Below, piece by piece: positions 1 to 13,700 of a stretch of DNA of 64,000 bases; the first letter of the stretch is position 1, and each line of letters opens with the position of its first letter. The notes beneath the pieces are model-generated. The model was not told the origin of the DNA and did not search any database. It saw nothing but the letters and a program-made list of their open reading frames with translations. Origin of the DNA: Mobula hypostoma (lineage: Eukaryota); the NCBI RefSeq assembly GCF_963921235.1, contig NC_086108.1, forward strand, positions 56,670,001-56,734,000, read 5' to 3'. Position numbers and translations under genes: made by a program.

Positions 1-532
1 GATGGCCAGTTCTGTGGCCAAGGGAGAAGAGGAGCTGTGGAGTCTAGCAATAGGTAAGGTGAGGGTTGGGTGAAGGGAAGAGGGAAAGAGACTTTGAAAA
101 TCCATGAGCAGAAAAGCATCAAAACCTGGAGATGGGTGAGTGTACATTGAGGAAGAGGAATCAGTGGCATTACATGATAGATTGTCAAGAGGGGGGTGGT
201 GTTGGGAGATTGAGAGTTTTGAAGTGATAGACTAAGGAATAGAATATCAAGTTAACATGGTGTTCAATTCTTGTACGTGATACACGGCAGCCTTCATCCT
301 TCTAGATGGTAGAGGTTCTGAGCTTGGAAGGGTCTATCAAAGTAGTCTGGCTATAACTACAGTGCATGTTGTAGTCATTGTGGGCTAGTGGTGGAAGTAA
401 TGTATGTTTAGGTTGGTGAATGAGATACCAATTAAGGGAAATGCTTTTTCCTAGATCACCATGGAGTTATGGAGAGAAGCAGCTTGGAAACTGGACTTTG
501 ACCCACCAAATCAGTGCCAACCATTTCCAACC

Positions 533-1009
533 TGTCATGGTGCACTCACAGGGGACTGGACCCAGGAGCGGAAGAATAGCAGGATCCCCAGGAAGAGTCA
601 GAAACAGGAGACCAAACATCGGAACCAGAGCCTCGAATGAGCGACCGAGCAACGCCACGAGGTAATTCATCTTCTCCAGCACAAACCTACTCTTCCCAGG
701 AACTGCAGTCAACAGGCTCATGACTCGAACCAGGAACAGAGGAATGGATCCCCAGGAAGAGACGAAAACAAGAGGTTAGACATTAGAATACCAACAGAGT
801 CTCAGAAAAGCGACTGAGGCTCTGTTCATTCTCTCCGACACAGTGACCCTGTTAGGCACTGGGAAAAATGTGCCAGCCACAATTAACGACAATATTAAAC
901 CGAAAATCCAGGGGCTTAACAACTCCCTTTAAGATATTGGTTCGTAAATACAGGTGTTCAAAAACCCTATAAACTCAATGTTCTATGGCAAGCCACAGGG
1001 CTCATGACA
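533..1009. mobile_element. Solo LTR
   Basis: TGTCATG...CATGACA termini with perfect 5-bp TSD CAACC (528-532 and 1010-1014). Confidence 0.8.
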
Positions 1010-1099
1010 CAACCATTGATATCAATCCTATATTTTTCCTTTTTTATTTTCCTCACATTCTTATCAGTTACCTCCAGATTTTATGAGTCATTGCACACT

Positions 1100-1300
1100 T
1101 GAGGCCATTTAGAGCAGCCAGTTCACCTCGTAACTCTCATGTTTCAGGGATAAGGAAAGAAACTGGAACATCTGGAGGAAAACATGTGGTCAAAGGAGAA
1201 CAGGCAAACTCCATGCAGGCAATGCCCAAGGTTAAAATTGAACTCTGGTCTATGGCACTGTGATGCAGAGGCTCTACTAGGTACACCACTAGTCCACCCT
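1100..1300 (-). mobile_element. Degenerate V-SINE (HE1-like)
   Basis: Reverse complement of the V-domain (ggaaactgga...ggagaacaggcaaactcc); boundaries approximate. Confidence 0.5.
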
Positions 1301-1354
1301 CTTGCGTCAAGGGCTGCAACAATCAGTCCGATCGTTCAGACAATAGATTTCATA

Positions 1355-2660
1355 AAGTTATAGAAGCATACAGCATGGGAACAGACTATTTGGTCCAATT
1401 TGTCCTTGCACGCTTCCATATTTACACACTGATCAGCACTTGTCCATATCCCTCTATGCATAAGCAACTCAAGTGCTCATCTTGAAACTTCTTAAATGCT
1501 GTCAATGACCCCGCTTCAGCCATTCTCTTAGGCAGAGCATTTCAAATGCCTACCACTCTCTGGATGAAGACTATCTCCCTCGTATACCCTTTAATCCTTC
1601 CCCCTACCCTATAGTTTTATTTACCTCTGATATCGGGAAATTCTTCCTGTTTTCTACCCTAACTGTGCCCCCCATAATCCCATATACCTCAATCCTGCTT
1701 CCTGTTAACCTCCTCCACTTCCGGCAGAATAGATCCAGCTCCTCCAGTCTCTGCTCACAACACCCTGCTCCTTTCACCAGCACTCTCACATCTTTCCTCT
1801 ACCTTGGTGGCCAGTGTAAGCAGTAGCTCAGCTGAAGTCTGAACAAGGTTTTATAACTTTGGAACACACTGATATTGCCAACCTTTGACAATCTTTGGAC
1901 CGTTTCTCCAAGGTCCCTCTGTTTCTCAGTACTCCTTAGGGCCCTATTATTCATCTTGTGTGCCTTAGCCTCACCAGTACTCCCAGAATGCGAATCTTCA
2001 CATTATTCTGGATTACACTCCATCTATCATTTTCCAGCCTATTCATTCTCACATTGATATCTCTTTCTCTTTATAGCCTAGGACTACCATCCACACTAAT
2101 GCAACACTGCCAACCTTTGAGTCATCCACAAACATGCCTCCCACATTCAAATCCAAGTCACTTATGTATATATCAAACTGCAAGGAACCAGAACTGATCC
2201 TTGTTGGGCACAAATGCAAAAACAACCCTCTACCATCATGCTCTGTCTCCTATTGCCAAAACAATTTTGACTCAGTTTGCTAATTTGCTTTAGATTCCAT
2301 GGGCCCTAACCTTTCAAACCAGCCTCCCATGTGGTACTTTACTGACGTGTGTGTAAATCACATCTACAACCTTGCCCTGATTGATACACTTCATTACCTC
2401 TTCAAGTAATTCAAACAAATTGGTCAGACCGATCTGCCCCTGGCAAAGCCACATTGGCTGCCACTGCTGCTGCCTTTCCAAGTGATTATTAATCCTCCAC
2501 CTCTGAATTTTGTTTTGGTACCATCCCTACAATTGATGTCAGGTTTACAAATCTGTTGTTACCCGGCTTTTCCCTGATGCTTTTCTTGAGAGGGGGAACC
2601 ACATTTGCTGTCCTCCAGTCATCTAGTACTTCACTTGTGCCCAGAACAAGTGATCAGAAT
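1355..2660 (-). mobile_element. Old CR1-like LINE fragment
   Basis: Degenerate similarity to the younger CR1 copies in this window (3' tail, RT region); boundaries approximate. Confidence 0.55.
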
Positions 2661-2705
2661 AAATATTGGTTCATCCATAGCCACCTCTATAATCAATTTA
2701 AAAGA

Positions 2706-2890
2706 TAGTGGATTCCAGTTCATTGGGGCAGCTGCTTATTTGGGACAACTCTTAAAGAAGAAAAATGAATCAAGAAAATATCCAGGATTCCCTTCATTTA
2801 TTTGGGACACTGTGCTGCTTAATTGGGACAGGGTCTATTGCTGAAGTTTCTAACTAGTGTGCACTTGTGTGGCTGTTAAACACTGCACCT
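2706..2890 (+). mobile_element. Tigger/pogo-like non-autonomous DNA transposon end
   Basis: xAGTGGATTCCxGTT.ATTGGG terminus, homologous in inverted orientation to 23860-24040. Confidence 0.5.
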
Positions 2891-2929
2891 CGATGTTCCC
2901 TTACTCATTTGGTTTGATTACTGGATGTC

Positions 2930-4510
2930 AATGCCACTGAATGTACAATTGACTGGTTGGACTCTCTTATTTTGGAAACATTTGTTGCATGGCACCTTCT
3001 GTGCTATGAATGTTGCTAGCTGCTTAGTGGCCCAAATCTAAGTGCTTCAGGATTTCTGGATGTTGAGATGGGTTACTTTATTTGCTGAGGAGTGGTGAAC
3101 ATTACGCAGTCATGAACTAATGTGTCAGCTTATGACCTTCGCTGATGGCAGTGAGGAATCCCTACAGTGACGTTCTGCATCTGGGATGATTAAATTCCAG
3201 CAACAGTAACTATACTCCCATGCAGTGCTTCCCCATTGCTCCCACTGACTTCAGTTTGGCCAGAGCTCTACAATACTTTTGGTCCCTTGATGTCATAAAA
3301 AGTCACTCACATCTCATCTGTGGAATTCAATTGTTTGGTCCATGCTTTGGACTCTGGTCATGATTAAGTCAGGAGTCGAATGGTTCTGACAAAACCCAAG
3401 CTGGGCATTGATAAGCTGGCTATTGGTGAGTAAACGCTACTTGAAAGTAACACCAACCAGCATGTTTCTTTTTCTTTTTCTCTCTCTCAGGCTGCACCAA
3501 CGTCATTGTTTATTTTGCTGTGCAAGTTTATGTCAATGTGTGTTTGTATACTTGTACAGTGCTTCTGCTACAAAGGAACAGGCTGATTTTCTTGGTATTT
3601 ATACCCTGTATATGTATGCCTATGACAATGAACTTGAACTTTACTCATGATTTAGAGTAAACTGACTGGACAGTAATTAGTCGAATTGCGTTTGTTGTGT
3701 TTTCTGTGAGCAAGATGTATCTTGGCAAATTCCCAAGTTGTTGGGCAGAGTCCTGTATTGCAACTGCATTGGAAGACCTTGGCTTGAGGTGCAGTGAGTT
3801 CTGGAGCACAGGTCTTTAGTACTACAGCTGGGATGTTGTCCTGCTCTATAACCTTTGCTGCATCTAGTGCTTTTGGCCACTTGTTGATATCACATGGAGT
3901 GAATCGATTTGGCTTCTGTATCATCGGGGATCTCTGGGGGAAGCCAAAATGAATAATTGCTTTTGCGATCCTGGGTCAACATGTTCTGAATGCTGCTGTC
4001 TTGCCTTTAGCGTGCACATTGCTGAGCTCTGTCATCATTGTGAATGGGGATATTTTTGGAGACTTCTCTTCCTTTTAACTACTCACTTGCCCATCACCAT
4101 TCTTATCAAGATATGCTTGGACAATAGAGCTTCAATCTGTTCAGTTACTTCTCTACAGTGCTCAACTACACACCAAGAGTATTTATTTGGCTCTAAAGCA
4201 TTTGTGATCAAAGCCCTTTGTTGCATACAAGTGCCTCTTCAATTGCCTGTGATGCTGGCAAATAAAAGGCAGCATATTTGTTGATGAGCAGCAGCAAAAC
4301 CCAAATATTCCAGCAATGGGTAAATAGCCCCACTGCCTTGTGGGCAGCCTCAGGAGAGACGAAGGCTACGGGAGTAAACACAGACAGAAAATCTAGAGTG
4401 GAGGCCTTAAGGCAGTTGGACGTCACTGAACATTCTCCAGGAGCTCCTGAAAACAAGCTGGTGCCAAATGTATTGCTTCATAAGCTTTCCTTTGGACTAC
4501 ACTGGTGAGG
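2930..4510 (-). mobile_element. Old LINE (CR1/L2-type) ORF2 remnants
   Basis: ORF 3652-3924 reads DNIPAVVLKTCAPEL...NYCPVSLL, the RT N-terminal motif; boundaries approximate. Confidence 0.6.
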
Positions 4511-5031
4511 CCAAGAAAGGAATCTTGACAACTGGTCATCTCACAGCCTCCATACCTTCCACCCAGTCTTGTGCCCCGTGATGTCAGTCACTCCGTTGTT
4601 CTTTGAGACAGACGGATGCCATCAATCAATCATTTCAGATAAGCTTCATCATTAAATAATCATTAGTTGAATAAGCTTCAGCTGAAATTTCATTCCCCCT
4701 TGTCTACAGAGGTAAGATTATTCAAGCAACCTAATTAATATTAGGTAGCTCAGTGGAGATCAAACATTCAATATGGGACCTATTTTGTTTGGCCAGCATT
4801 TTTATCTGAACTTATGAAAAAAATTGTATTCTGCTACATTTTAAGGATTAAATGTACATCTATATTTGATTACTAATAGCAGAATGGAATTTTCTAATAA
4901 TTTGAAATTAATAACCACATAATTGAAAAGTTCACAACCTTTACATATTTTTGTGAACTTGATCTCTACTAAAATTAAAGCAAAGTTTTTTTTTGACATA
5001 AGCATTTTGCAAAATTGAGCCATGGGTGAAC

Positions 5032-5794
5032 AAAGTGGGTCAGGATCTCATGACATAAAAGATATCATCAATAATTGAAAATAATTCAAATGTGAAATGT
5101 ATGCTGGGTTTGAAGTATGTTCTTTAAAGTAGGAAAATCTATTATGTGCTTATATGTTTTTTAAATATATTAGTTTTACTGGCATAAAATGTACAGAATT
5201 ATATTAAGTTTATAATCTATTTAAACAAGAAATAGATTTTTTAAAAGTTGAGAGATTCCATGCCCTTTGTAACACCATGTGTTTTTTTTAAATTATTCAA
5301 ATTTAATGTTCAAAGCAACTGGCTTTTTGTAAAGTATGAAAAATTGTAATGGATCCTTGCATTATTTAAAATTATATGTGAGATATCATTCATGTTTCTT
5401 TAAACAGCAAAACAAAATCTTACAGAAGTCTAAGGGTTATATGCATAAATCAAAGTTTCAGTCATTGCATGTGTGCTTCTTAAAAATAAGCTTGAGGATA
5501 GAACTTCTGCACGTGTTGGAAATATGTTACCAAGTCTCAGCAAGAGCAAGACATAAGTCAGCAAACAAGGGGGTTTTCCCAATGAGTCATGTGATCCAGT
5601 CAGTACTCAGATGGAAAGTATAGTACTGTACTGAAATTAGTGTCAGCCTAGATTCAGTGGTTTTACTATAATCTGTGTGAAAATAAGAGTTCGTTGTTAA
5701 GAAGGCATGCAGGTCCAAAGACTGCAGCAAAAAAACCATCAGGAAGTTCTACACGGCAATCGGTGGAAAGAAACGCACCTTCATTGGAAATAAA
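5032..5794 (+). promoter_or_regulatory. Putative promoter and non-coding first exon region with RORE, NF-kB/AICE and ETS motifs
   Basis: AAAGTGGGTCA 5032-5042; GGGGGTTTTCCC 5569-5580; TGAGTCA 5583-5589; CAGGAAGT 5740-5747; candidate donors at 5795 (AAA|GTAAGG) and 6043 (AGG|GTAAGT). The first coding exon begins at an acceptor, so an upstream UTR exon is required. Confidence 0.5.
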
Positions 5795-7599
5795 GTAAGG
5801 CAAATTGATTTCTGTTTATTTTAACCCTGAGAACAATTAAGTGACAGATTCAGAATTAATATTTTTGTTAATGAAAAGAATATGTCACTGTTAAAGGGCT
5901 TTGTTCTTGAGAAAAAGCTACCTGGCGTACAAGAAAATACATTCTGTAAGTCTACCACTCGGTATAAATTCAGGACAAACTATTTCCAATGGCAGAGTAT
6001 AACTTTATGGCTTAACTTTAAGAACATCAGCAAAGAGAAAGGGTAAGTATAGATTTTTTTCTTCTTACTAAGATTGTTAGAGCATATTTTTGATATGTTT
6101 ATTTTTGGATTCTAGAAATCGTTTGGAAGCCTAGATCAAAAATATACATATACATTTGTAAATGTATAATTCTGGACATTCATATGCTGCTATTCACAGG
6201 ACAAGACATACCATTCCATTTGCTAAAAAAAATTTACATTGTGTAAGGATAACATCAAGCTTTTGAAAGAAGTTTCTGTTAGTGTTAAGTCCAAAGAATG
6301 TTTACATCAACTCTAGCCCCTATGGTGGAACGGCATTATATTGCAGTATTTTCCTATTGATCGTAAGTGGTGGCTGTACCACTTAATGTATCAATATATC
6401 TTTCAGCATTTAGTAAGGCACCTTGGAACATGTCAATCTGTAGCATTTAGTTGTGAACAGCTTGCACTGCAATACTCGCAAACTTGAATACACCTTTCAG
6501 AAAAGGTGAACAGCTGAAACAGTCAAACGTAAAAATAGAAAATGCTGGAAGTGCCCAGCAGATCAGTCGACATTTGTGAGAAGAGTAATCAGAGACAACA
6601 TTTCAGGCTGCAGACCCTTTATTTGAAAGGGCTCACAGAAGGAGATCTGCTGGATAGTTTTCTCTGTTAACTGGGGAAGAAGTAATGGTCCAAATTCTAT
6701 AACATCAGTAAATGGTATTCATTTCTAGTCATTTTTTAAATTTGATCCAGAGTAAAATGTAGATGGATCAATTACTTTTGTCCTTTTTGCCAACCATTGC
6801 CCAGTGTAACACAGCTAAATGGTATGTGTTATACTATTTATTCCAGCTATTTATGAGTCTCAGCCTCAGAACAACATTCATATGGCTTAGAATCTGAGTT
6901 AGATTGAAAATGTAGCTCAAATGCAGCTCACTACCAAGCAGTTGACCAGTAAACTTACCCTGAAATTCATCTTGTACAGAACATTTGAGTTCAGCAACAG
7001 AGGAATCCTGTGTCTTGCAAGATAATATGCTAACTCACTGTCAACAACAAAATGCAATGTTGTATAGGGACCACCATTAGAACAATACAAAATGAAATTT
7101 TGGAAGTGAGTTAGGATTTTTTTTCCCAGAAAGCCCTTTTTACAAAGGATCGGGTCATGTAGCACATTGGAGCATAATAGTAATGCAGATTTAATTTCCA
7201 GCAAGGTTTATTGGATGAGAGATGTTTGCAGTCTTCATGAATATCATCTCCATTTTTAGCCGATATTCTCTAATTGTAATAACAAATGAGAGTCTCATCA
7301 GACAGCATGGTCGACAGCTTAACCAACCATTTTACTGAATTAGAATGTAAACATTACTGAGCAGCTCATTGTCACTAGAATGTTCCTTTTCCATACTGAT
7401 GGGATGATTGCTAGCATCCATTTGGCTTTCCAGACTACACATTCCAGCTTCTCTCTTGTTAAGGTTAGCTTTATTTCTCACAGGTACATCAAAATGCATC
7501 ATTTTGCATCAACAACCACGCAGTCTGAGGATTGTTCTGGGAACCCCACAATTGTCTCTATGCTTCTGGCCCCAACAAAGCATGGCCACATCTCACTAA

Positions 7600-7770
7600 C
7601 TCCAACCGCATGCCTTCGGAATGTGGGAGGAAACTAGAGTACCCGAAAGAAACCCATGCAGTCATGGGGAGAATGTACAAACTCCTTACAGACAGTGGTG
7701 GGAATCAAATCCTGATCTCACTGCCAGTGCTGTCACAGTGTTACACTAAGCTTTCCACTACTGTGCTGCC
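7600..7770 (-). mobile_element. V-SINE (HE1-like)
   Basis: Reverse complement shows a tRNA-like head plus V-domain GGAGTTTGTACATTCTCCCC...GGTTTC...TTTCCTCCCACA. Confidence 0.7.
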
Positions 7771-10698
7771 TAACCTATCACGTGGCTGTACAGTGTGTCC
7801 CACATAGACTTTTCTTTTCTGTCTCATCAACTGTGTCACTAAGGCAATGTCGTTTCCTATTTGTACTAATCTTTTCAGTTATAGTGGGAGAGATATTAAG
7901 TTCTGTAAAAGGCTTTATTACCCAGGAACATTGAGTAAGAAAGCACTTTGCAGGCTGCTGATGATGTTATTAAATTGTGGTCAATCTTTTTAGTTTGCTC
8001 TTTCTTTACATGATAATAAAAATAACATTGTGTATTTCATAAACATTTTATCTTGCATCTGTGTTCTAGCATTGGCCTTTTTATAAAGTAAACTGGGTTG
8101 AAATATGGGTTAGCAATTAGAAATTATTCATTGGTCATTATCTTGTATTCATTGTGGTACAGATAATGTAACTTGAATATTCCTGATATCTTATATTCAT
8201 GAACATACTTTGTGAATGATTCTTTAATTTAATCAGTATTTTTGTCTATAAAAATTGTTCTTTCATCTTCATATTTATCTTGCCCTGCTCCAGCATTTTC
8301 TTTAAATTGTGCTGTTTGATCCAACACTCAGTCAAAATCTTTTAAGCAGCTACTTTGCCTCTATTGCTAACATAACATTTTGGAATTTCTTTCACGTATT
8401 CTTATTTTTTCTACTCTTGAACTGATCAATAATAATAATGTTCTGGTCAGTAAAGTGGGTGTCAGATTGTGTGTTATAATGTAAGTTTTCTTTATAATGG
8501 TGAACTGAACGGCTAGATTAATGGACTTTTCCACATGTGTGATAAGTGATTTCAGCTACTTGAGAAACTTGAAAAGTTTATTACTATAATTATACCACAA
8601 ACAACAATATATCTTACATAGTAAGCTATTCCAATGATTTTTTTAGCTAATTATGAATTACAATGAAAAACAGAATTTCTACCTTGCTAGGCAAAATCAT
8701 AACTTACAGGAACAGATCTGATGACCTAAATAGCTTTATGACATTCTAAGAAAAATACAGGGGAAAATATTGCTCGCAGAGTCTGATTGAGATGTGAAAG
8801 TAGCGAAAGACATTTGCTTTAGAACAACTTAATGTAATGAGTAGAGTAATAGTTTTTTTTAAATTTTGAATAGGTGTATTGTGATCTACTTGTTATTAAA
8901 CACTTTATTCCAAAAGATGTTATAAATACAGCTATCTGGTATGCCATCCAACACGAATATGCAATTTGTCCATCTCTGTAACATTGTCCACCACCTCTTT
9001 TGAACAGCCCCCTCTGATGCTGAGCTACAACCATGTTTGCAACATCCTGTAACTTCTTGATTTCCTTTCTTGTCTTTTTGTACAAACTTTAACTGGCCCA
9101 AAGCTCTGCGCATTCTCTGTTTTAGTGAGGGACAAAATACACGTACCCTTGTCTCCTTAACAGATTGTAGCAAATATTTCAATGCTTGACAATAGTATAA
9201 ATGTCTTTGTAACTATTGTAAAGTAGCATTGCGTAACAGCGCATAAATCCATATAATTTGTAAATTGATGGGAAATGCGTTTTTTAGATTTTAGGAGGTA
9301 GATGTCCATTCTGGCTACTTGCTTGTACTATCTGTTTGCCTGATCTGGTGACAAGGAAGATTACTTACTCCCCATGTAATAACACTAGTAATAGATATAT
9401 ACTACAAACACTCCGACAACAAAATGCATCTTCCATCTTTCCTTTCACTAGGTCTCAGTCAAATTCTCCATTGCTCTAGCTGTACCACAGTTTCTTTGGT
9501 GACTCCACTTTCAGAAGAAGTCTCCTTTGTCTTCACCAATAGCACCTGAATACATTTGTCTCACTTCTCAAATATGTCTTGTCAAATTATCTTTCAGGTA
9601 GCAGAATTGTTTTGTCCCTCTGCCCAACTATATCTATTACTTACAATATGATTTCCCCATGGAACACATTTTCCCTCCCCTATCTGGGGGACGGGGGGAA
9701 ACGAGTCTCTCTATAATACTTTTTTCTGCCTCATTACCCACTCCATGCCCCACTTTCTGATTTTTTCAAGTAGTTCCCTTTGTCTCCTCTCACATAATTG
9801 CCTAGAACTGCAGTCTACTTGTTTCAGTTGTACTTGTTTTAATTTCATGATATCCACATTTACCAGCCAACATTATTATAATTCAGACTCAAGTAAAAGA
9901 GGTGAAGTGATTCTTACAGTTCAGGTCCCACTTGGATTGCACAAATCAAGATTTGTATACATGTATTTTCCTCCATTGTTCCTCTCTTGTCTCAAAGTAT
10001 GACCACTACTACAGTTTAAACATTGTTAACCATTTTTATGTTAGCACACAAATCATTAATGGTCTGTAGTTCATTTGACTGTCATCTATGAAGCAGTTTG
10101 TAGCAGACTTAATTGACTCCCTGTCTGAGACTGTAGTGTCAGTTGGCTCTATCCACATTTCAATGTTATATTTCTCTAATCTTAGTAGAATGTATGTTTA
10201 TATTCCTTCATGTGTTTTCCTAAATGCATGTTAGTTACCAGCAGTATGCTTCCAGTATGCTCTGTTTAATTTCAGATTTATGGCATCTACTCTTATTCCT
10301 TTTCTTTAAATTTTGTAACATATTCCAGTGTATCAATAAAACAATTTTGTATTTTTCATTTTCCTATCTAATTCCAAATTGTAACAGTCAGATGTTCCAA
10401 TCTGCCTATTCAATCACAATCCCGGGTACACAGTTTGACACAAATCAACATAATATGTACTTTGAAAAAGATTAATTAATTATAATAATTGGACAGAGGA
10501 AAAATGGGAACTTTTGAAACTTGTTTAAAATCATTACATGTGTTTAATATCATAAGTTTGAAAAACCAAACCAATGAATCTTTCTTATTTATATAGCTGC
10601 TACAAGTATTAAAAAGCAGAAACTTCACAGTTTGTACTAATGTGGAAACGTTATTTCTGTTGTTACTAAGGCTGTGTACAAAATACTCTTTTACAGGA

Positions 10699-10777
10699 AT
10701 GTTTAATGACTTCACCATGGGTCTAGCTAGTATAATAAAGACATTAATGGCAATAATATTTTACATCAAATCTTTTG
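10699..10777 (+). CDS. il23r: Receptor coding exon 1: signal peptide [26 protein letters not shown]
   Basis: Acceptor ttttacag| before 10697; ATG at 10699 and a second ATG in strong Kozak context CACCATGG at 10717; hydrophobic stretch; donor TTG|GTGAGT in phase 1, matching the next exon. Confidence 0.8.
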
Positions 10778-13700
10778 GTGAGTCTTTTGTTTCTATTTTG
10801 CACTGCTCATTTAAATGTTAATGACGTCAGATACCCCCAAAACAATTCACGGATAATAATACTTTTAAATTGCAGTCAATATATATTACAAGAAAATACA
10901 TTTTTGCAGAAACAGCTTTTATGTGCAATGAGAGAAATAGCCAGAAGGAAGCTTCAGATTTGAGGACAAGGTTTGACACTGCTGGGATATCTGTGTCACC
11001 ACCCAAACAACGTGAGAAAAGGCTTGTGGGCGTATTGATGATTAAGAAGTTCCAGCAAGGTACCAGAAAGCTGCAGTCAGGGCAACGCTAAAGCAAGCAG
11101 AAAGAATCAGTATGTTATCTTCTTCAAGGTCTGCTCAGTACATCAAAAATTTTGTTAAATCATTGCAGGTGCGTGAGCTCTGTTCCACACTTTGCATACC
11201 CCCACACTCAGTACATCTAACACCTAAAATACTATGAGAATTAAGGCAGATGTGTCTCTAGCAGTGAGCGACACTGCAGAAAGCTGTGAAACAGCTGAGG
11301 AATTCTGAGGGCGGTAGATGTAAATCTTGAATAAGGAAAGCTGAGGTGCCCTGAGCACAGCTTATGATTCTACATTGATAAGAAGAAGATTGATCACCTC
11401 TGCAATGATTACAGATACTGAGATAGCACCATGCATTTTAGATTTGTGCTTCAATAAATTTGTTTAATTAGTTATAACATTTATGTTGAATTGGGTTAAT
11501 GAAACTGTTAATGAGTCTACTGACAGAATTCTTTATTTAATTGATGCTACGTGAGCAAGTAAGATTAATGCATGCTGTAATGTTGAACACTTCCACAAGT
11601 GGGACTAACCTGTCAAGTGATAAGAATTGTGTTGGAACTGCTTTTGAACCAGCTGATTTAGCAAACACCAATAAAAACAAAATGTGGAAGATCAAGCAGC
11701 AAGTATAGGGAGATAAGCATCAGCAACCACTTGTTCTTTAAGATAAGAAATAGAAAACATGCAACATTGTAAAGGGCATGTGTTCTAAAATGGCAATTTA
11801 GAATTTATTGGGAAAAGCAAATAGAACTCTGTTTTGCATACATCTTAAGCTGTGTATACCATTGTCTAATTGTAGAGTTGAAAAATCTTCCCATACATAA
11901 TGCTTTAATAAAATTAAGCAAAAAAGAAAAAAAACTGCCGTGATCTCAACACATCCGTTCAGAAAAAAATACTACTTCTCAATTGAAATAATAAATAAAA
12001 AGTGAAAATGTTGAAATTACCCAGCAGTATCTATGGGAAGAAGGAGATAATGGGCTGAAACTTGCAAGTAAATGTAACCTGCCAGGATGTCTCTTCATAA
12101 ATGTACATCTAAACACAGAAGTCCTAAATTTGCTAATAGACTATAGCCAGTGAAAGTGTCAGTATTCTCCACATGAAAGCAAGTGGTGGAGCTCAGGCTT
12201 GCTAAGCTTTGCCCTGTAGGCCCTGCTTGTGGACCCTACACCTCTTCTGAAATGGTACAAGATCTGGCAGCTCATTCATTTAAAGAGATGTTTTACAGAT
12301 TTCAAGAAGAAAGATAGGAATTAAGTAGATTACATTTATTTGATTATTTATTTCAATTTTTAATAGTCTTTGAATTAATATGAACTAAATATATTCTATA
12401 TATATGCAATCTAAATCTTGATAGTCTTGACAGATTGCAAAATGTGGGATGTAGCATTGCTGTCTGACAAAGATTTAATCAACAGTTTCCTGGCCTAGGC
12501 TTGTTCAGGCCTACCCATGTGACCTGATTTCATTGAGTGCAGCACAAGGGTTAGCCAATCAAATCTGGGACACTCTCAGCCCGTCGAGTCAACCTTCAGG
12601 TAAACAAAAGGGCAATGAAAATAGAGCATAAAAGAAAAGAACCAAACGCAGTCGAACATTTGGCTCCTCATGCTCGTTCAACTTTAAGTCTAATGGCAGT
12701 TGATGGAAGAGTGGAGAAAATAAAATGAATTAGCATAGATTAATATAAAATTATGTTCTTAATGTTTGTCATATGCATGGTAGACTGAAGGGCTTGTTCC
12801 TGTGCTCAATTTCTCTATGAGACTCAAAGATTCGATTCTTTTGACACACCCTGTGAGGTGGGATGCTAAGCCTTGTTTCCAATCAAAAGCACCTGTGTGG
12901 GTGTAGGCGAGTTAGGCCAAAGGGCCAATTTCTGATTTCAAAAACTCTATGACTGTCCATGACAATGGTGGATCTTTTACCACAGCACCACCTTCCTGAT
13001 CTAATCCCATATCCCTCAATTCCCATAAGATCTAAAACATTATCAATCTTTATCTTGAAGGTCTTCAATCTTTTTGGGTAAAGAATTCCAAAGATTCACA
13101 AACACTCGGGTGAAGAAATTTCTCCTCACCTTAGTCTAAAATGGTCAGCTTTTTGTGTAGAGATGTCGTCATCTGGTTCCAGACTCTCTTGCCAGGGGAA
13201 GCATGGTGCTTGCTACTCTGTCAACACCCTTTAGAGTTGTGTACATTTCAGTCAGATCACAGATCATTCTTCTCAGCTCTAAAGCTAGTGCTCAATGTGA
13301 GCAGCAGTTGTTATGTTTGTTGGATGGCCTTTTCAACTCTGTTTTCTCTTTCAGTGGCAGCTATTTCCCTTGTTGAATTTCCTGGTAGAGTCGTGGTAAA
13401 GCCGGCTCCTGTCTTCTTGGTGGGTTCAAACATTTCAATCACCTGTGTGACTGGGAACCAGCAGTGTAATATCAATGAATTTAAACTTGATATTAATAGA
13501 AAAACAGTACAAATGAAGCGCTTTAATAATACTGCAGCTCATCACTGGATAACCAACGTTACGACCCATAACTCCGTAATAACCTGCTACGTTCAGTGCA
13601 TTGATGGGACCGACATGTTGGTTTGTAGAGCAGACCTTCAATCTGGTTGTAAGTATGTTATTTCTAAATTACTATCCCTTATTGTAGCTTCATAAAGATG

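Noticed and set aside
11100..11170. Alternative first coding exon ending CAG|GTGCGT
   Set aside because: No hydrophobic signal peptide, and the open frames end in phase 0 or 2 rather than the required phase 1.
13141..13354. N-terminal part of the 184-aa ORF as a signal peptide of a single-exon secreted Ig protein
   Set aside because: It overlaps a CR1 remnant and the polypyrimidine tract; a proper phase-matched signal exon exists at 10699-10777.
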